A stretch of 61,542 bases of DNA, counting the filler, from Jimgerdemannia flammicorona (lineage: Eukaryota), in NCBI GenBank assembly GCA_003990765.1. It is 3 parts of 3 records of this genome, joined end to end, with 100 filler letters (N's around TTAATTAATTAA, not from the genome) between each part and the next. Parts side by side here need not be neighbours in the genome. Positions count along the whole stretch, not along the records: positions 41,101 to 61,542 come from RBNJ01001683.1; 2 more parts are not named here. One strand, written 5' to 3'. This document shows positions 61,482 to 61,542 of the stretch, piece by piece (positions within the stretch are counted from its first letter, which is position 1; each line of letters opens with the position of its first letter). The position numbers were made by a program, and so were the translations under genes. The notes under the pieces were generated by a model. That model made no database searches. It saw only the letters and a program-made list of their open reading frames with translations, and was not told the origin of the DNA.

Positions 61482-61542
61482 CCCCCCTCCCCCCCCTCTT
61501 CCCCCTTCCCCCCCTTCCCCCCTCCCCTTCCCCCTTCCCCCT
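61482..61542 (+). repeat. C-rich polypyrimidine repeat (CCCCCTT)n; G4-capable on the minus strand
   Basis: Directly visible at the window end. Confidence 0.85.

Overview
Eukaryotic, probably fungal, genomic DNA. A Mucoromycota-like source is an inference from the plant-type PEX22 homolog and the short GT-AG introns. Three contigs are joined by artificial 100-bp spacers (N44-TTAATTAATTAA-N44) at 20453-20552 and 41001-41100. Bases 1-55071 are almost entirely nested, CpG-depleted, transition-decayed transposable elements: (i) at least seven copies or fragments of an L1/Tx1-clade LINE group (ORF1 plus APE-RT ORF2, poly-A tails, 15-16-bp TSDs); (ii) three copies of a ~1.18-kb non-coding SINE-like retroposon; (iii) a Gypsy fragment ordered NC-dUTPase-protease; (iv) a ~6-kb hAT element plus a partial inverted second copy; (v) a young DD34E Tc1 element; (vi) three unusually long solo-LTR-like elements. 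After ~55200 the DNA is CpG-rich and genic, with a 3-exon PEX22-like gene (minus strand) and a divergent multi-exon orphan gene. The best novelty candidate is a second, intron-containing gene inside the hAT element. Its reconstructed protein has an HxD...H motif pattern like TET/JBP-family 2OG-Fe(II) dioxygenases, so it may be an anti-methylation cargo on a hAT transposon. Also notable are ~2-kb LTRs carrying a 365-aa ORF in U3 and a SINE-like element sharing a 3' motif with the LINEs. All protein-family calls are by-eye motif recognition; no database search was run.
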